A stretch of 63,522 bases of DNA, filler included, from Hyphochytrium catenoides (taxonomy: Eukaryota; Protista; Hyphochytriomycota): NCBI GenBank assembly GCA_900088475.1. It is 15 parts of 15 records of this genome, joined end to end, with 100 filler letters (N's around TTAATTAATTAA, not from the genome) between each part and the next. Parts side by side here need not be neighbours in the genome. Positions count along the whole stretch, not along the records: positions 59,120 to 63,522 come from FLMG01002694.1; 14 more parts are not named here. One strand, 5' to 3'. Both the position numbers and the translations under genes were made by a program. Below the pieces are notes generated by a model. The model saw nothing but the letters and a program-made list of their open reading frames with translations, made no database searches and was not told the origin of the DNA. Positions 61,221 to 63,522 of this stretch are shown piece by piece (the stretch's first letter is position 1; each line of letters starts with the position of its first letter).

Positions 61221-62369
61221 GTGGTCCCTACCAGGTCCCTGAGAACGGTGGCAAGGGAAGGAAGAGGCGCGTCAACAGGGCATCCTCTCCAGAGCTGGAG
61301 AGAGGAGAAGAAGTAAGCAGCGGGAAGGTGGACGAAGAACTGGTTGTAAAGCACACGCCGGACTGCCTTCATAAACTCCTGCAAAGAGAGAGAGAGAGAC
61401 AGAGAGAGAGACAGAGGGAGAAAGAGGTAAGCGCGCGATTAAAGAGAGTGAGACAAGATGATGGATGAGGGCGGCATAGAGGCGAGACAGAAAGCGAGGA
61501 GAAATACCCACAGAGGGAAGAGAGAGGAAGAGATATCGAGGACAGTAATGACAGACTCAAGAGGAAAGGAAAGAATAACTTCGTAGGTGCAGTCGGTGCG
61601 CCTCCAGCCATAGGAAGAGACAGAACAGAACAAAAACACAGAGAGAAAAAGAGAGAGAGAGAAGGGCACGAGAACACAGAGAAAAAGGGGGAAGACGAGG
61701 GGGGAAGAGAAAAGAGAGTAATTGTCAGAGTCTCACTGCGAAGGTCAGCGGCTCATGCTCTCCCGGCTGCACTTTATACTTCCTGAGCAGTGTGGGGCGG
61801 CCGGTGAGGTCGATGAAGAGATAGAGAAGGCCCAGGCCCCAGAAGGTCAGGAGATGGAGGAAGAATGTGCCAAACAGAGTGAGAGAGAAAGGAGAACCGA
61901 GAGGAACGATCTCTTTCATCCAAACAGTGTTAAGAGAGCCGTACAAAGCCTGTGCAGGAGAGGAGAGAGAGAGACAGAGAGACAGAGAGAGAGAGAGAGC
62001 GAGAGAGAGAGCAAGAGGTTGTGTGTGTTGTAAAAGAGAGAGGAAATAGAAAAAAAAAGAAACGAATAGGGTCAGAGAGAGGATAAAGGAACCTACAGAA
62101 AGCGAGGACGAGCGCGCGCGAGAGAGAGAAAGAGACAGATAATAAAGATGGTCTTGGGAAGAGAAACACGGAGACAGATGAATCCTGCTTGTTGTCTACG
62201 TTGTAGAAAGTTTCTCTGCTTTCTCTCTCTCTCTTTCTTTCTCTCTTTCTGTCTCTCTCTCTCTTCTCTCGCTTTCCTTTCCTGTCCCTGCTGTCTCTTC
62301 TCCTAAGCGTACCCTTACATTGGCAAGATCTGCTACGGCAGGGAGAGAGACTTCAGCTGTCGAGTTCAT
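59539..62369 (-). CDS. Fatty-acid hydroxylase/sterol desaturase superfamily protein (FAXDC2 / C-4 methylsterol oxidase-like), about 7 exons
   Basis: His boxes [33 protein letters not shown] and [13 protein letters not shown], plus KYKVQP. Last exon [15 protein letters not shown] at 59539. The start codon is tentative. Confidence 0.92.
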
Positions 62370-63107
62370 CTTCGCTTTCTCCGCGGGCTGGAGCGGCTGC
62401 AAATTCTCTTCTTCTTTTGTGTCTCTCTTTAGGGATGCCTTGCGCTTTGAATTATGGCGTGCTTCTTGCCCAACTTCCACCTGTCATGCCTCTCTCTCTC
62501 GCTCTCTCTCTCTCTCTCTTCCCTCCGTTTGGTGCCCTCTCTCTCCCTCATTTCCTCCCCTGTGATTCTCTTCGACGAGCGGGAGCACAGGTGGAGACAG
62601 GGGAGAAGCTTTCACGAGGGCATCTCGTGGTGTTCAGGCTAACAAGATGATGAAGAGACACGACACCCAGACAGGACGTGCTCGTAGAGGGAGAGCTCCA
62701 ATCGCAGGAAGAAGTATGNNNNNNNNNNNNNNNNNNNNNNNNNNNNNNNNNNNNNNNNNNNNNNNNNNNNNNNNNNNNNNNNNNNNNNNNNNNNNNNNNN
62801 NNNNNNNNNNNNNNNNNNNNNNNNNNNNNNNNNNNNNNNNNNNNNNNNNNNNNNNNNNNNNNNNNNNNNNNNNNNNNNNNNNNNNNNNNNNNNNNNNNNN
62901 NNNNNNNNNNNNNNNNNNNNGAGAAAAGTGATGGAAGCAGCAGCTTCTGCATCAGCATGAGGAAGAGTGCTTCTGAAATATATTGAAACTTAAAAGTAAG
63001 GAAGCATTTACCACATTATATATTATGGTAGATCTGACTGAAACCTTTGAGCCTTTCGTTGAAAGCTTCATTATGTCGTTTCAGACTTCAACCCTACGTG
63101 TGACCNN

Positions 63108-63153
<46 letters not shown>

Positions 63154-63522
63154 GAGAGCAAGACTATGGACGCAGACTGGGAGAGAAATAGGGAGAGAGA
63201 CGGAGAGACTTTATAGAGGGAGAGACTCTATTGTAAAATGCCCTCGCCCACTTCATAGTTGGACAATAGCAGCTAAAAAAAGCTTCATACCTTTCTCTCT
63301 TTCTTGTCTCTCTATTTCTCTCCTTCTCTCTCTTGTCTCTCTCTCTCTCTTAATCTATGATCCACATTCGTCCACTTGTCCTGGCGCCACAGCCGCCAGC
63401 TTCTTCCGCCCTATCAGGGGAGACGAGGCTGAAGGAGAAGAGGAGGGTCGGGAACTGGAGTGAGGAGAGGAGAGGGCAGAAGAGAAAGAGGGTCCGGAGC
63501 ACTCTGTCTCTCCCTCAGCGCC

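Overview
Eukaryotic draft-assembly DNA, not one continuous locus. Fourteen identical 100-bp spacers (44 N + TTAATTAATTAA + 44 N) join 15 unrelated contigs: 1-2568, 2669-7781, 7882-17766, 17867-34790, 34891-36859, 36960-40268, 40369-41868, 41969-44404, 44505-47855, 47956-50269, 50370-51753, 51854-52897, 52998-54226, 54327-59019 and 59120-63522. The source is a microbial eukaryote with GT-AG introns and TTAGGG telomeres, and it possibly has a flagellated stage; I cannot name the taxon from the sequence. Spliced genes recognised by manual exon reconstruction: bestrophin-like channel, tandem-PH protein, ODA-DC2-like coiled-coil protein, class I methyltransferase, ankyrin-repeat protein, Swf1/ZDHHC4-like protein, MDP1 phosphatase, ATG16-like protein, UPF0014/FetB permease, RPC4 and a FAXDC2-like hydroxylase. 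One contig starts at a true telomere with a telomere-derived satellite, followed by a decayed 12-bp subtelomeric minisatellite. Mobile-element material comprises a Ty1/copia integrase relic, a decayed ORF joining a YqaJ/lambda-exonuclease domain to a piggyBac-like catalytic motif, and an intact intronless ORF joining a tyrosine-recombinase-like catalytic tail to a RecQ helicase. The most striking genome-level pattern is that many long introns are GA-rich at the donor end and CT-rich at the acceptor end, so they could fold back on themselves. Most ORFs in the supplied track are microsatellite artefacts. All family assignments are by motif recognition; no database search was run.
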